Shown: positions 1 to 23,500 of the stretch, piece after piece | Numbering within the stretch: the stretch's first letter is position 1 | Layout of the letters: the number at the start of each line of letters is the position of its first letter | DNA from: Nitrospirales bacterium | GTDB taxonomy: Bacteria; Nitrospirota; Nitrospiria; Nitrospirales; UBA8639 | NCBI GenBank assembly: GCA_965203295.1 | Contig: CBDBCZ010000012.1 | Span: 480,001 to 544,000 of the forward strand | Length of the DNA stretch: 64,000 bases | Direction: 5' to 3' | The notes under the pieces: model-generated | Databases searched by the model: none | What the model saw: the letters and a program-made list of their open reading frames with translations, nothing else | Told to the model about the DNA's origin: nothing | Position numbers and translations under genes: made by a program

Positions 1-11516
<11,516 letters not shown>

Positions 11517-12251
11517 CTTACCGAGTTAATGCACATCTAGATATTATAGTCACCAAAAATAAATAAAAAGGTGTGTATTTAAAGGAATTAAGTTTGGATT
11601 ATATAAACTGAATTATATCATATAGCCCTACACATATGCAGTGGATTTTGTACTGGCTCCTTTATACATTTCTGAATGTGATATTTATAGTTGCATTAAA
11701 TTTGCTGTAGAATGTCGAAAGAACTGTTAGTATCATCAGTAACTGCAGTATCCTATTTTGTTGAGTGTACATGCTGCCTTATAGAGTTTAGACCACAGTA
11801 CATCAACATTTGACCACTATGCCGTCACTTCTAAGGGACATTTTATCTAGCCTAGCAACCAGTTGCTGCAGCTGGAGACAGGGGTTAACCACATGCAGTT
11901 GTATTGCCTGTGATTCTAAAGTGTGTGAACTTTGTTATTTGAGACAGAATGGACTTACAGGCATGTGTGACTACCCAAATAGGTACAACATAAAAGACTC
12001 TCAATAGCATATTCCACTTATTATTTGCACAACTGTGCTAAGGTTTCATAGTTTTTGATTTGACACTGTATGTATATGCATGAAGAGCTCTAGTCCAACT
12101 TGCATGAGTCAGTGTAACAAACTCGAGCTGAACTTGAGCCTAGCTCCTATACAAAGACCAACTGATTCCTGATGTGAATTATACTGGTACACGTAGGTAT
12201 AGAGGCTTTTACTAATGTTGTTGTCCTCCTCCTAGGGACTCTACATAATAG

Positions 12252-12574
12252 TTAGACGGCGAGTGCAAGGGATTATGGGATTTAGAAGCCACGAGGGGCC
12301 CGAGGCTGTAGCGTCCGAGCGAAGCGAGGACGCTACTAAGGGCCCCAAGGGCTTCTAAATCCCATAGATCCTGCGCACTCGCCGTCTAAGTTATTTAGAA
12401 TACAGCTTCAGGCGCGTTACCACAGACACATATTCATGACAACACTTACTACAGGCACTTATAATCCACACTAACTCCAGGCACTTATAATCCACAGTAG
12501 CATGGGTAATAAGTGATTTATGACCCACGCTCTTAACCAATCGCATTGCAGGACTACAGTTAGCTGAATTCTAA
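12252..12574. mobile_element. Non-autonomous Crypton-like element (A...A'-N5-B'...B layout)
   Basis: A ttagacggcgagtgc 12252-12266 / A' gcactcgccgtctaa 12375-12389; spacer gttat; B' ttagaatacagct 12395-12407 / B agctgaattctaa 12562-12574. Shares gggattta/taaatccc and taagtgatttat motifs with the YR element at 59.5 kb. Confidence 0.65.
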
Positions 12575-13674
12575 TGTAATAATATATTGGTTTACAATTT
12601 GAGGTGTAGTCCAGGCCACCACCTTGCAGTGGTCAGACCTTAATCCCTATAGGTATTTTACCTAGTTACAAACTAACTTAATGTGCCAGCTATACACTCC
12701 CTGGGAACTCCCTTCATGTTCTGTTACAATCTCACTGGCCCCAGGGCACATTGGTGTGGTGGGTGTAGATTGATGTGGCCTCACACTATGCTAGAATTGG
12801 GTTTGTATGGCTGCAGCATTCTGCTGAACCCAAACAAAATTCTTTGAACAGCTGACTGATTCACCCACAGACATCCTCAGCCACTAATGCCACTTAGACA
12901 ATAAGTATGGTAATGAATTCATAGTGCTTGATTGCGTGTGTCAATCAGTAGTACACAAGGGCGATTCATCAGTAGTACACAAGGGTGTAATCCACACACT
13001 GTCTTTAGCCACATTCCACAGTTCTTAATTGAGCATTCATAGACTAACTGCAGTAACCTACGTATGCTGTAGCCATTGATAATCTGCCCTTGTTCTGGGT
13101 AGGATAGTAGACAGCAAACAAACAAAGTGAAGTGGCTATTCAGCAGTCCAATGGTTGATCTTGATTTAAGCATTAGGAAAAGTTATATAGGGCCTAAAGG
13201 CTAACTGTTGGGCTTAGAGCTAGCTGTTGTGTCAATATTGAGAAACAGGCTTCCATCTTCATTCAATTATTATGCAAGATCCAATGTAACACAAGAAATT
13301 GTGATGTTTGCTCTGCTGTGTGTTAAGTGTCAGACAGCGGGTCAACTAAAAAGAATGACACTGCAAAAATTATAGTTGTGCAAACGTTTAGGGTAACAGG
13401 GTTAGGCAACATGTTTTTCACGAGTCATATTAAATTTTAGTGGTGCCGTTCTTTTCAGTTGATCTACATGTACTACAGCAATTATCTATGGCTACAAGAG
13501 TTTAATCTGCACCTCTTCCATTTCAGATGAACTACTTTACCAAAAGCTGGCTGCTACATGTACGTAGAGCAGTTGATGTAATTAGAAACAAAACTAGTTC
13601 GTCACTAAGACAGCACAACGACCCCCTCAAACCACAATCAGCTGTTGATCAGCTGTGCCTACGCACATTGCACT

Positions 13675-13800
13675 GCGCGCGTACGCGACTCCGCCCATTA
13701 CAAAATGCGCCTATTGGTCAGTTTTTGCCGCGAAGTACCGAATGTTACCGCCAAATCTCACCAATACAACGTTCGTAGAAATTTCGTACGGTTGAAAATA
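13675..13800 (+). promoter_or_regulatory. Candidate cyclin D promoter (CpG-rich, CCAAT boxes, E2F-like site)
   Basis: CpG-dense stretch upstream of ATG 14001: attgg at ~13714, ccaat at ~13761, TTTGCCGC (fits TTTSSCGC) at 13724-13731. Confidence 0.4.
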
Positions 13801-14000
13801 GATAAATACACCCTACGAGCTCAGTCGGGCCGCTCGTGTGTGCACGCTGGAGTTTCAGAAGTGGTTGGGTCTGTCTGCGTTTGCAAGCAGAAAGAGAAAA
13901 TACACCGCTCTCAACGTAAGCAGCGACCCTTCTGTACCCAGCTGATGTACTCGTGCAATACTTTGCTTCTGTAAGCCCGTTGCTGTAGTCTGCGTAGAGA

Positions 14001-17000
14001 ATGAGCGCCCTTGTTTGCACGGAGCTTTCATCCATTCCCGCAATCTCTTCTCGCTTACACGATGATCAAAGACGCCTCCATATTCTGCTGGAACAAGAGG
14101 ATCGCTTCATGCCGAACATCAGCTGCCATCGGATGCAGAAAGTGGTGGATGAAGATCAACGAACAAGAATGCTGGAGGTTATTTACGAGGTCAGTCGTGT
14201 TTGCAGAAGGCAGTAATGGAGGTCTAGTTTGCTTCTGCAGTTTAGACAAGGGAGGAGGGTGTTTTCATAGGTATAGGGGTATAGATCTTGGTGTTTACGA
14301 TTTATGGGCGTAACGGTTATTTTGCAGTGCTCTAATGGCATTTCTTCTATCCTTACTTAGGCTGTGTGCCACAGCAATCCCAGAGGAAGCGACGTCTACC
14401 ATCTTGCTGTGAACTTGCTGGATCGCTACTTATCGTACGAGAGAATCGAGTCCGAGAAGGTCTTCCATGCAATTGCTGGTGCCTGTGCAATGATCAGCAT
14501 GAAGATCAGACGAGCAAGAAAGGAATGCCTAAACTACGAGCAACTTAGATATTACTTCCATAACCTATCCGAGAGAAACATTAGGGTAAGTGGACTATGA
14601 TCATGAATAAATTATATTTTATTGATTAGCGGTATATTGTTTTCTTTCCTGGGTGCCCTATTTGCGTAAGTACCAGGATTTTGGTTTGCTGGATTGAAAC
14701 TGTTATCGCTTGTATTATACACAGTGATATTGCTGGAATAATAATTTCATCAGGTGGTGTTCCCAGAGGAACAACTGGTTGTTTCAGTGTACATAGGATG
14801 ACTGTGGTGGATAGTGCAATTGTATGGCTATGCCCTGGGGTATAGCATTTCCACTCAATGTCCTTGACTCTTGAGACTGGCCATAGCAGCTCTTGCCGTT
14901 CTACACTATAACATTTCTACTTCTGCAAAGAAGGAAGCTAAAAGGATTTCTTTGATACAATACCTTATAACCTAGAATTGAATTTAGTAATTCCCCTCTG
15001 AGTGTGTAAAGTGCCCTCTTCTGCACATCTCAGGGCTTGAGAATTTAATTTCCTGTTTTGTCATCATTCAAGCAAAGCTGTGGACATGCATTTCTGGGCA
15101 CAATGTGTACCCCTCATTCTTGGGGTCTGCTGGCAAAACAATGGCAGTTGGTACTTGTTTAGGGTCAACAATAATTTTTCATCACATTGTCACTTCCTTG
15201 GCTGGATGTGCTGCTGTAATGTTATTAAACAGGTAGCCTGATTCTGATGTACTTTCACGGATGTATAATACTTATTCGCTGATGCTGTACGTTGTCAGTC
15301 AGTGTCTGTGCACTGATAGTGCATTACATGCATAGTTGATGTGCTCATGCTAGAATATTGGAAAAGGTCTGGGTTAATTCTAGAGCAAGTAGCGGCACTA
15401 TGGCTAGAAGACATATTGTCAAGTATATGTAACAGAGTTGCTTTAACCAAATCTACCTGTTACAGTTTCACCCCCTGGTAGATGCTACATGTACTAGTGT
15501 GTCTCATAGCAACCTGGATGTCACTATTCAGTCATAAATTCATTGGTGACCTGAAGGAACGTGTGTACTGTTATGCTTGTGAGTGTGCGTGATTTCCCAT
15601 TGTACAAGGCCTGTTTTGCCTGGAGCGGTCTCTTGGGGACATTCCACCCTCTGCTAAGGGCTATCAGTTCATTGGGAGCAGAGCATGAATCCAAGTGGCT
15701 TACACAATGTAGATCAGATAGGATGAGTGTATGAATTCTCAAGGCTGAATTCACTGTTTGACTGCTCACCACCCCATTTTTCCAAAAGCCAGACAGGATA
15801 TGTGATACTGCCCTCTGGACTTGAAGCTGTAGGTGGGAGATACCAGTCCCATAGTGATTGAACTGCTGTGTAAACCACTATAGGGACTCTGGCATCCTGG
15901 CTGTCTAGGTGTGCTTCCTTATGCAGCACACCAGCTAGGGTGGAGTGCTTATTTGTGTGTGTGTGGAAAATGGGTTCACAGACTGTGGGATCCATTTAGG
16001 ATTTCAGCTAAGTAAGCCTGCAATATGCCCCTGTCTGTTTTTGTGCACTGTAATAGCATGTGTTACACACTGCTGGATTGTTGTGCAGTATTTCTTGGTT
16101 CCAAAAATAATGTATAGCAAGGACAGCCAGAAATGTGACAGTGAGTCACCTTGATATCTGATGATTGTTTGAAAAATAGTCTGGCAAAGACTGCTTAAAC
16201 ACATACCCTCCCTCAGGCTTACCCCCCACAATTAATGTCCTGTGGTCACCCTAGTGATTAATTATTGTCATCAAATCAGGGTAGTGTACCAGATGGGGTA
16301 GTCTCCTCCTCTGTGCTTAGCTTGAGGCCAGAGGAGGGTCTAGCTGGATAGACTACAGACGGGGCACCCCAGGTTCAGCTGTTATGACAGGTGTTTGACA
16401 GGGTGACAAGATTATATTGACAAGTTGATGTTTATTAGCTACTTGGCCTATGGGGATATATGCTGGTCCTGTTTCAGTTGTAAAATTACATTCTTGCCTC
16501 AATCTATTGTGTAGGTGATTGATTACTATGTAGTTGTGATCACTGCCTTCCTTCTTCCTGTGCTGGGTTGGCTATTTGATGTTGGGGACTTTTTCAGAAG
16601 TCATTAACATGTACATCTAGTGCAAACACCACACAATGCATCCTCCAACCTGTTTCATACTTCTTAATATTTATTCCTGCAGACTAAAGAGAAGCAGATT
16701 GCTTCAGAGTTAAAGTGGAATCTTAATGCTGTCACTGCAGCGGATTTTATTGAAGAACTTTCTGCAAGATTAGCACAGTACATGCCACAGGGTACCTTGG
16801 ACAAAGTAATCGACCACTCACACACACTGGCCAACGTCTGCTTATTATGTACGTTGAAACATTTACTTAAAGTTACTTTGTACTTTCCCATACTATTCTT
16901 TCCTAGGCTGTTTCCTCCATACCGTTCTTCAGTGTTTACAGTTGTCCTTTAGATAACAATTGTCTCCCACCTTATGTTTCTATTTGCGATTACCGTGACA

Positions 17001-18013
17001 TCATGGCAGTCAATCTTCTCCCTGTAGACCATACCTTTATGACGGTTCCTCCGTCATTGCTGGCCTGTGCGTGTCTGTGCGATGCTGTTGCCCACCTGGC
17101 TTCTGAGCAGCACTCAAAATGCATGGAAACACTAGCACAACTAGCTGGTCTAGAACAGGTACGTATTGTCTTTGTATGTTGGATCTCTTTGTGCATGTAG
17201 ATTTATTGTAGGACTGCTAATTATGTATCTCACACACACACCTTCATGTCCTCACGAAAGACATTTCTTAAAGCTTTCAGGCCACTATCATTTGGGCCCA
17301 GGGCTCTTGGGTATACTCTATTGATGTAACCACAACTTGGGCATGCATTACAGAAACTCTGAATTGTATAATTATGATCTCATGGTATTGGTTACAAGGC
17401 CATTTCTAAAGGGATAATTATCTCTTCTGGGTGGACCTCTGTCTATGTATACATGTAGGATACACACCCCCTTGTTACAAAACCTCCAAGGTTTATCTCT
17501 TCTGGGTGAACCTCAGTTCTATGGAGGGATACACACCCCTTGTTACAAAACCTCCAAAGATTATCTCTTCTGGGTGGACCTCTGTTCTATGGAGGGATAC
17601 ACACCCCTTGTTACAAAACCTCCAAAAATTATCTCTTCTGGGTGGACCTCTGTTCTGGATACACACCCCTTGTTACAAAACCTCCAAAGATTATCTCTTC
17701 TGGGTGGACCTCTGTTCTATGGAGGGATACACACCCCTTTGTTACAAAACCTCCAAGGATTATCTCTTCTTAGTGCAACACATATCTGTATGTGTTAATT
17801 TGACTATAATTCACATTCGTTAATACCTCTTTTTTTTCTTTGTTACAGGATGTATTATTACAGCAACAAAAGAACGTCAGTGATATCTATCAGCGCAAAC
17901 TCCAATCATGGTCATTAGCAGATACTCCAACTGAAATAGAGGACATAGAAAATTGTGAATATACGAAGAGTTTTACATTCAGTGAGGAAGATCTTTTACG
18001 AAGCTCTTCTTAG
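14001..18013 (+). CDS. CCND: G1/S cyclin D-like protein
   Basis: Exons 14001-14189, 14361-14585, 16683-16848, 17028-17158, 17849-18013 (TAG). N-terminal LxCxE (LVCTE), cyclin box LAVNLLDRYLS ... ELKWNLNAVTAADFI, PPSLLACA, and C-terminal TPTEIEDI matching the cyclin D TPTDVRDV phosphodegron. Confidence 0.88.
17418..17770. repeat. ~68-bp minisatellite x5 in cyclin D intron 4
   Basis: ttatctcttctgggtggacctctgttctatggagggatacacaccccttgttacaaaacctcc units starting at 17418, 17493, 17561, 17629, 17691. Confidence 0.92.
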
Positions 18014-20512
18014 TTATTATGATCAGTCATATTCTATTTTGCAGGCTTTCTGCCACTGTTTTTATCTTTTTACCATCCTATCCTCCCTTCTACATTATGT
18101 TACATCAAACCATTGATGTTTTATTTTTTGTGTATGGTATAGACATGTATGTGCATGTACTTATTGTCACACATCACACTTTATGGAGAAAATAGGTTTC
18201 GGTTTCTGTTGGTATTTCATTTCTTTGTAGTGATGTTTTCTAGTGTATGTATTTGCCTTTGAGCAATGAATGTCGTGAACACCTGGTCATTTTCATTGCA
18301 AGTGAATGGTAAAACGGAATCATTAGTTTAATTAGCCCAGAAAAAAATGGGCGGCCAACCCAATTAGGTATTTCATTTAGCCCATCCCACCTTGGATGCT
18401 TCTCAGCCCTTAATTAATATTATTATGGTCCATATAAGAATGGTGCTGCAGTTCTGTCATTTTGATGAGCAATCGCTTGTAGGAAGGTCTGGCCCAGGGG
18501 CACGTTTACCTAGAAATTAAACGTGGTGTGCTTTTGGAAATTTTGATATTTTAATACTCTCTTGTACATGTAGTTCAGTCACTTTATACTGAGTCACATT
18601 CTGAAACTCTATTGAATTTGAATTGAATTGAAGGAACAGGAAAGAATGATGGCCTGTGTAGTCAATGACAACAAAACAATAGTTGTTCAAGTAAAATGCT
18701 TTATTAAACTTAGTTATTAATTGATAACATTATCTCTTTCCCATAAGGAAGAATTATTGCTATTGAGTGGGGACTGGGTGTGCTGAAATTTTATACAAAC
18801 TGAAAAAAGTTAAAAGGCTTTTGACATTAAATTTTGATAAGCACTCATACATATACAATGTGACAGTTGTTCACTTTGCCATTTGCACAATTGACAGCTG
18901 CAAGGCTCACCCCACATGCCAGTGCATGAAGGTACGTCCTAAAGGCATGCATGGTGACCTCCATGAAGGAGGCAGAAGGCTGTGTCTTCAGAATCACAAC
19001 TAAAGTTTTTCTCACCAGCATGTAGCACCACAAGTTTTGTGAAGTACATAATAGTACCAAGTCTAGTTGAGGACGGAATACAAACTATCCAGTCCATACT
19101 AATGTTGCAGTGACTGTTTTGAGGGGGAGTTTTCTACTTCAAATCTTTGAACTTTGCATGCCATCAAGCAACAATACGTAACTCATCCCCATTGTGTTGG
19201 TCATAGTCAACTTGTTGATTTACATTCTGTTGGTAAGGTAAATCTAAAATGAAATCAGCAAAGCAATTTTAGGTACAGTTACTGAGTCAGAATTTGAACT
19301 AGTATGCTGCTAGTTAACAATAATTATACGTAACAAAGCCTTACTTCTAGTAGGCTTGAAGTCCATGGGAGTCTGAACTATCCAATGTCATGCTTATTTA
19401 CATACAGATGTACATACAATATGCTGCATACAGACAACAGACAAATACATAGACTGACAATGTAGTAGTGCCGTTTTAGTATGGCCTCACATAATTAGGT
19501 TTAGTTTTAGTATAAAGGCTAAGAAAGAACGAACAATTAGTTTCAACTATATGAAAAAAGGGTTACTTTGACATGTAGGTGCCAATAAATAAGTTTGGTG
19601 AAAAATTATTAGTAGTTTATTCCTAGCCTCATTCCCAGGCCATTGAAGTTTTAGTCTTAGTTAGTTAACTAAGTCTGTTTTGCTCTCCTAATTCCAGGTA
19701 ACTAAAATGTGGAAAACAGTATAATGTTCGTTGAATGAGTCAAAATGTTAAATAGTTTCTGCAGTATCAGGGTAAAGTCCATCTGTGCACCATGTACACC
19801 ACACACTCTTCAAATAATGTAAATGTACCATCTGATTTGGCTAATTTGTATTGCAGCATATGTCTATATTACCTGCCCGGCCAGACACACTTGTTTTAGG
19901 GGGAGGGAGCAGAAGTTGCTCTCCTTGTAGCCTATGTTGTGTTGTACATGTTCAGTGGTTACTGCATAAGGTGTATGTAAACTATATCAGTGAATAGTGA
20001 TTACCGAAAACACGTTACAGGGATTTGTCCATTGTCTTTACCTTTACTGAGGTTCAGGTGCAAGGCTTAGGGCCCACCCCTTCCATGCAGAGGCCACTGG
20101 TTTACATGACATAGGGTATCACAAAATATGGATTAGGTCATTGATTTACCTGTCACCACCGAAGATAGTATAAAAGAATAGCACAGGCGACTTTGTTCAC
20201 TCCCACTTTACAGTTAATGAAAGTGGGTGGGGCTGCCATACAAGCCCTGCTCACCACTCTGCCATGCTTCTGGGCCAGGATTTTCTCCCAGTCAAAGCAA
20301 ATCATAACTCTAAACTGATGAGGTACAGTCTTTCCATTGATGCCGTGAGAGGGTTTACAGTTTAATATGCATACAGCAGACAAACATAGAGAATTTAATA
20401 ATAATCAATTTCCAAATAATATATGCAGAAACATTTCAGTCCACACAGCGTATAAAGAAAAATTGGAGGTTATCACCAAACTCAACACTACTTAAAAATC
20501 ACGACACACAAG

Positions 20513-23500
20513 CTACACTAGAGTTCCCTGGCAGCCACTATTAGAGCAGTCGGGGAATGGAAACGTGTTGGGAATGATGTTTATTTGTGTTGTAAATTCA
20601 AACACTGAGCCTTGAGGACCAGGAAACGTTGCCTGTATGAAGAAGCAGTGTATTTAACACTAACGTAGTTTCTATTTGGCGTGTGGTTTTAAAAACTTCA
20701 CAAGAATTTTTGAACTATTATAGCACACTTCAAAAGCCATGACAAGCCACTCAGAAGTCGTACATACCTGAATAAAGAAGCCCCTCCATCCTTGCTCTGG
20801 TGCTGACATTTTGGCTACGTATTCACCAGTTGGCTGCAGTAAATAAAAATATTATTATTAGTCATCGCGGTCACTGCTGTTGTAAAATAGTTGTTGCACA
20901 AATCACGCTTGGCCGGCTGGTATATGCACTAATCTCTTGTATTCCTATTACTAGATTTCCGCAATATCTTAGCAACCAAATTGTTGACCTGTATATGTAG
21001 GGAAAGAAAGTCTGCTTGGAGCAATGTGAAGAGGGGTGTACCTCAGGGGTTGATTCTGGGTCCACTCCTATTCATTTTGTATGCAAATGATCTGTTAAGC
21101 AGCAGTATACAGATGACACTACCCTGTCATATGTATGTGAGCGGTGATGCTGGTGACCTGGAGAGTGGTCTGACTGAGGGCATTGAGAGTGTGGCCAGGT
21201 GGGTTGGTGCTAACAAGCTCAGACTAAATGTAAAACAGACCTAGATGCTATTGAGTGGGGGTTAGGAGAGAAAAGGAGTTGGAGCAGGTGGGAGTGGGGG
21301 TTGATGACCAGGAGATTGAGAGGAGTAGGAAGGTGAAGTGTTTGGTGTTGTGATAGATGAAGATCTGAAATGGCAGGAGCGGGTATGGAGAAAGTGTTTT
21401 GCTGGTTTGGCCAAACTAAGCAGAATTTGTGTGATGCGATCGTACTTCCATGTCTTGTCTATTGCTCAACAGCATGGCACAATAGATTATAGTTCAGTTA
21501 AAAAATAAGGTAGAAAGAATACAAAACTATGGGATGACTCTCTCAGCCAGCCAAAGTACCAAGTGAGGAATTGAGACAGGTTTTGGGGTGGATCACACTA
21601 GCTGTTCTTACCAGCAGCTAAATCAGAGATAATTCAGTGGTTTTACGTTTCCGAGAGTTTCAGGAAAGGAACAACTTATCAAATGAGTTGAGAACAGCTA
21701 GTTCTGGAGCCAGTTTCAAGAAAGCCATGAAGAGATAATTATTATCTCCATTTTTCACAGTAACTGTTTGTTATTTTTTATTTTTCTACCTACATTTAGC
21801 TACATTTCAATTTTGTGTGTGTCAGTATGCTGTACAGGACTCTCAGGGAGACCAGCCTCTGGCTGATGAGACATTCCGTCTAAATATCCTATTTTTTCCC
21901 CACATTACATCACATATCATTCGACGAGAGCAGTAGGATATACAGACGCATATCCTACAGTTCTGTACTTCCTTAGTGACATTGGTAACATAACCTCAAA
22001 CTACATATATACATGCACTTAACGATAGTTACGCATATGGACAGCAGTGGCATAAGTCAGATAGACGACGCCACAGCGGAGAATGTGTGCCCCAAATATG
22101 GAATGTCATGACATCTGGGTTATGCCTACTCAAAAACAAACTGATTACAAGCTACTTAGGAGCTAAAACGTACTCAAGCACAGTGTTGTCAGTGAATTCA
22201 AACACATGTACTCATAAACTCAGGTAGTACGGATGGCAGTTAATTGCCACTTTCGCCTCATTGGTTGGAACCAATACTACCAGCTTTGCACTTAACTGCC
22301 TAATACACTAACATAATTAATGTTATATTCAGTGCATAAGTTTACCTGTGGCTCTAAGTCTTCAGCAAACCAGAAGACAGGTTGCGGAGTAGGCTTGGAT
22401 GGGTCTGGTATTCCAATGAGCAGACGAAAGTCTCTCCTGAGTAGGTAGAAAAGTCAGTCATCCTTCTACACTACCATTTCTTATTTCTTGTGGATGCATT
22501 GAAATGTCTAGAGTGTGATCATATCAAGGATCCAAATGCTGGGTCACAACATTTTTCACTCATAATTGCATGACAATAATCATGGTTTCATATTGGCAGG
22601 AAGTGGAGATTATTTGAGATCGTGAATGGATGCATGACAAAACAGACAGCATGCCAACCACATGCTTGCTCCCCCAGAAAATCAATGAATATACCTTCTC
22701 TGAGATTGATTCTGGTGCATTTTGGCGGCTAGCTGACTACCAACACTTGTGTACAAATTCACAGCAAATTAGACGAAATATGATTAAGTTTAAAGAGCAG
22801 AGCGACTGATCATTGTATGAAACCCTGATACTGGTAATATATACTGCAGAAGTAATCAATAGAACAGTGCATACTATACCCTACCGTTTATTGGTAAGTG
22901 TAGTGGCGTGGTAAACAACCACAGTAGAGGGTTTTTTGTCAGCTGTCATTGTGATGTACCCACCATCTACTGTCTGCATAAGAGAACAAAAAACACCTCA
23001 GTTTAATCTACTGCCAGTCAAAAGGGTGCAGTACATGTACGTATATAGCCACTAAAACCACTAGTAGCACCTGCCAGCAGGACACAGCCAATTCCAACTG
23101 TAATTACTCTCTCATTAGGCTACTTCGTCCATCTCCTAAACACGAAGTACATGCTACACCCTTAATCAGTCTGCCGGGGTAATTAAAGACACAGAACTGA
23201 AAACTAAGTGGTCACATTGCAAACTCAGCAGATAAAACAGCTATCAATACAAACCTGGTTTAGTGTCCACTTCATTACAGGTCTTGGAAAATTCTACATT
23301 AAGAGTAAGTAGTACATGTGCTTGAAATGACGAGCATAATTTTAATGACATGTGCAATGCAGTACATACGTATGTACATACGTTGTAAGTAAATCCGTTT
23401 GAAAGTTATAAAGATGTTTGATTGCTGCTACATTGTACGTAATGTTGACTATCGACATAATGTCCTCTAGTTACAAGTTATTTGTGGTTGACATAAAGAT

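Noticed and set aside
18700..19300. Possible old LINE fragment on the - strand downstream of cyclin D
   Set aside because: Only a short FRPQLD-like hint; too degraded to call by eye.
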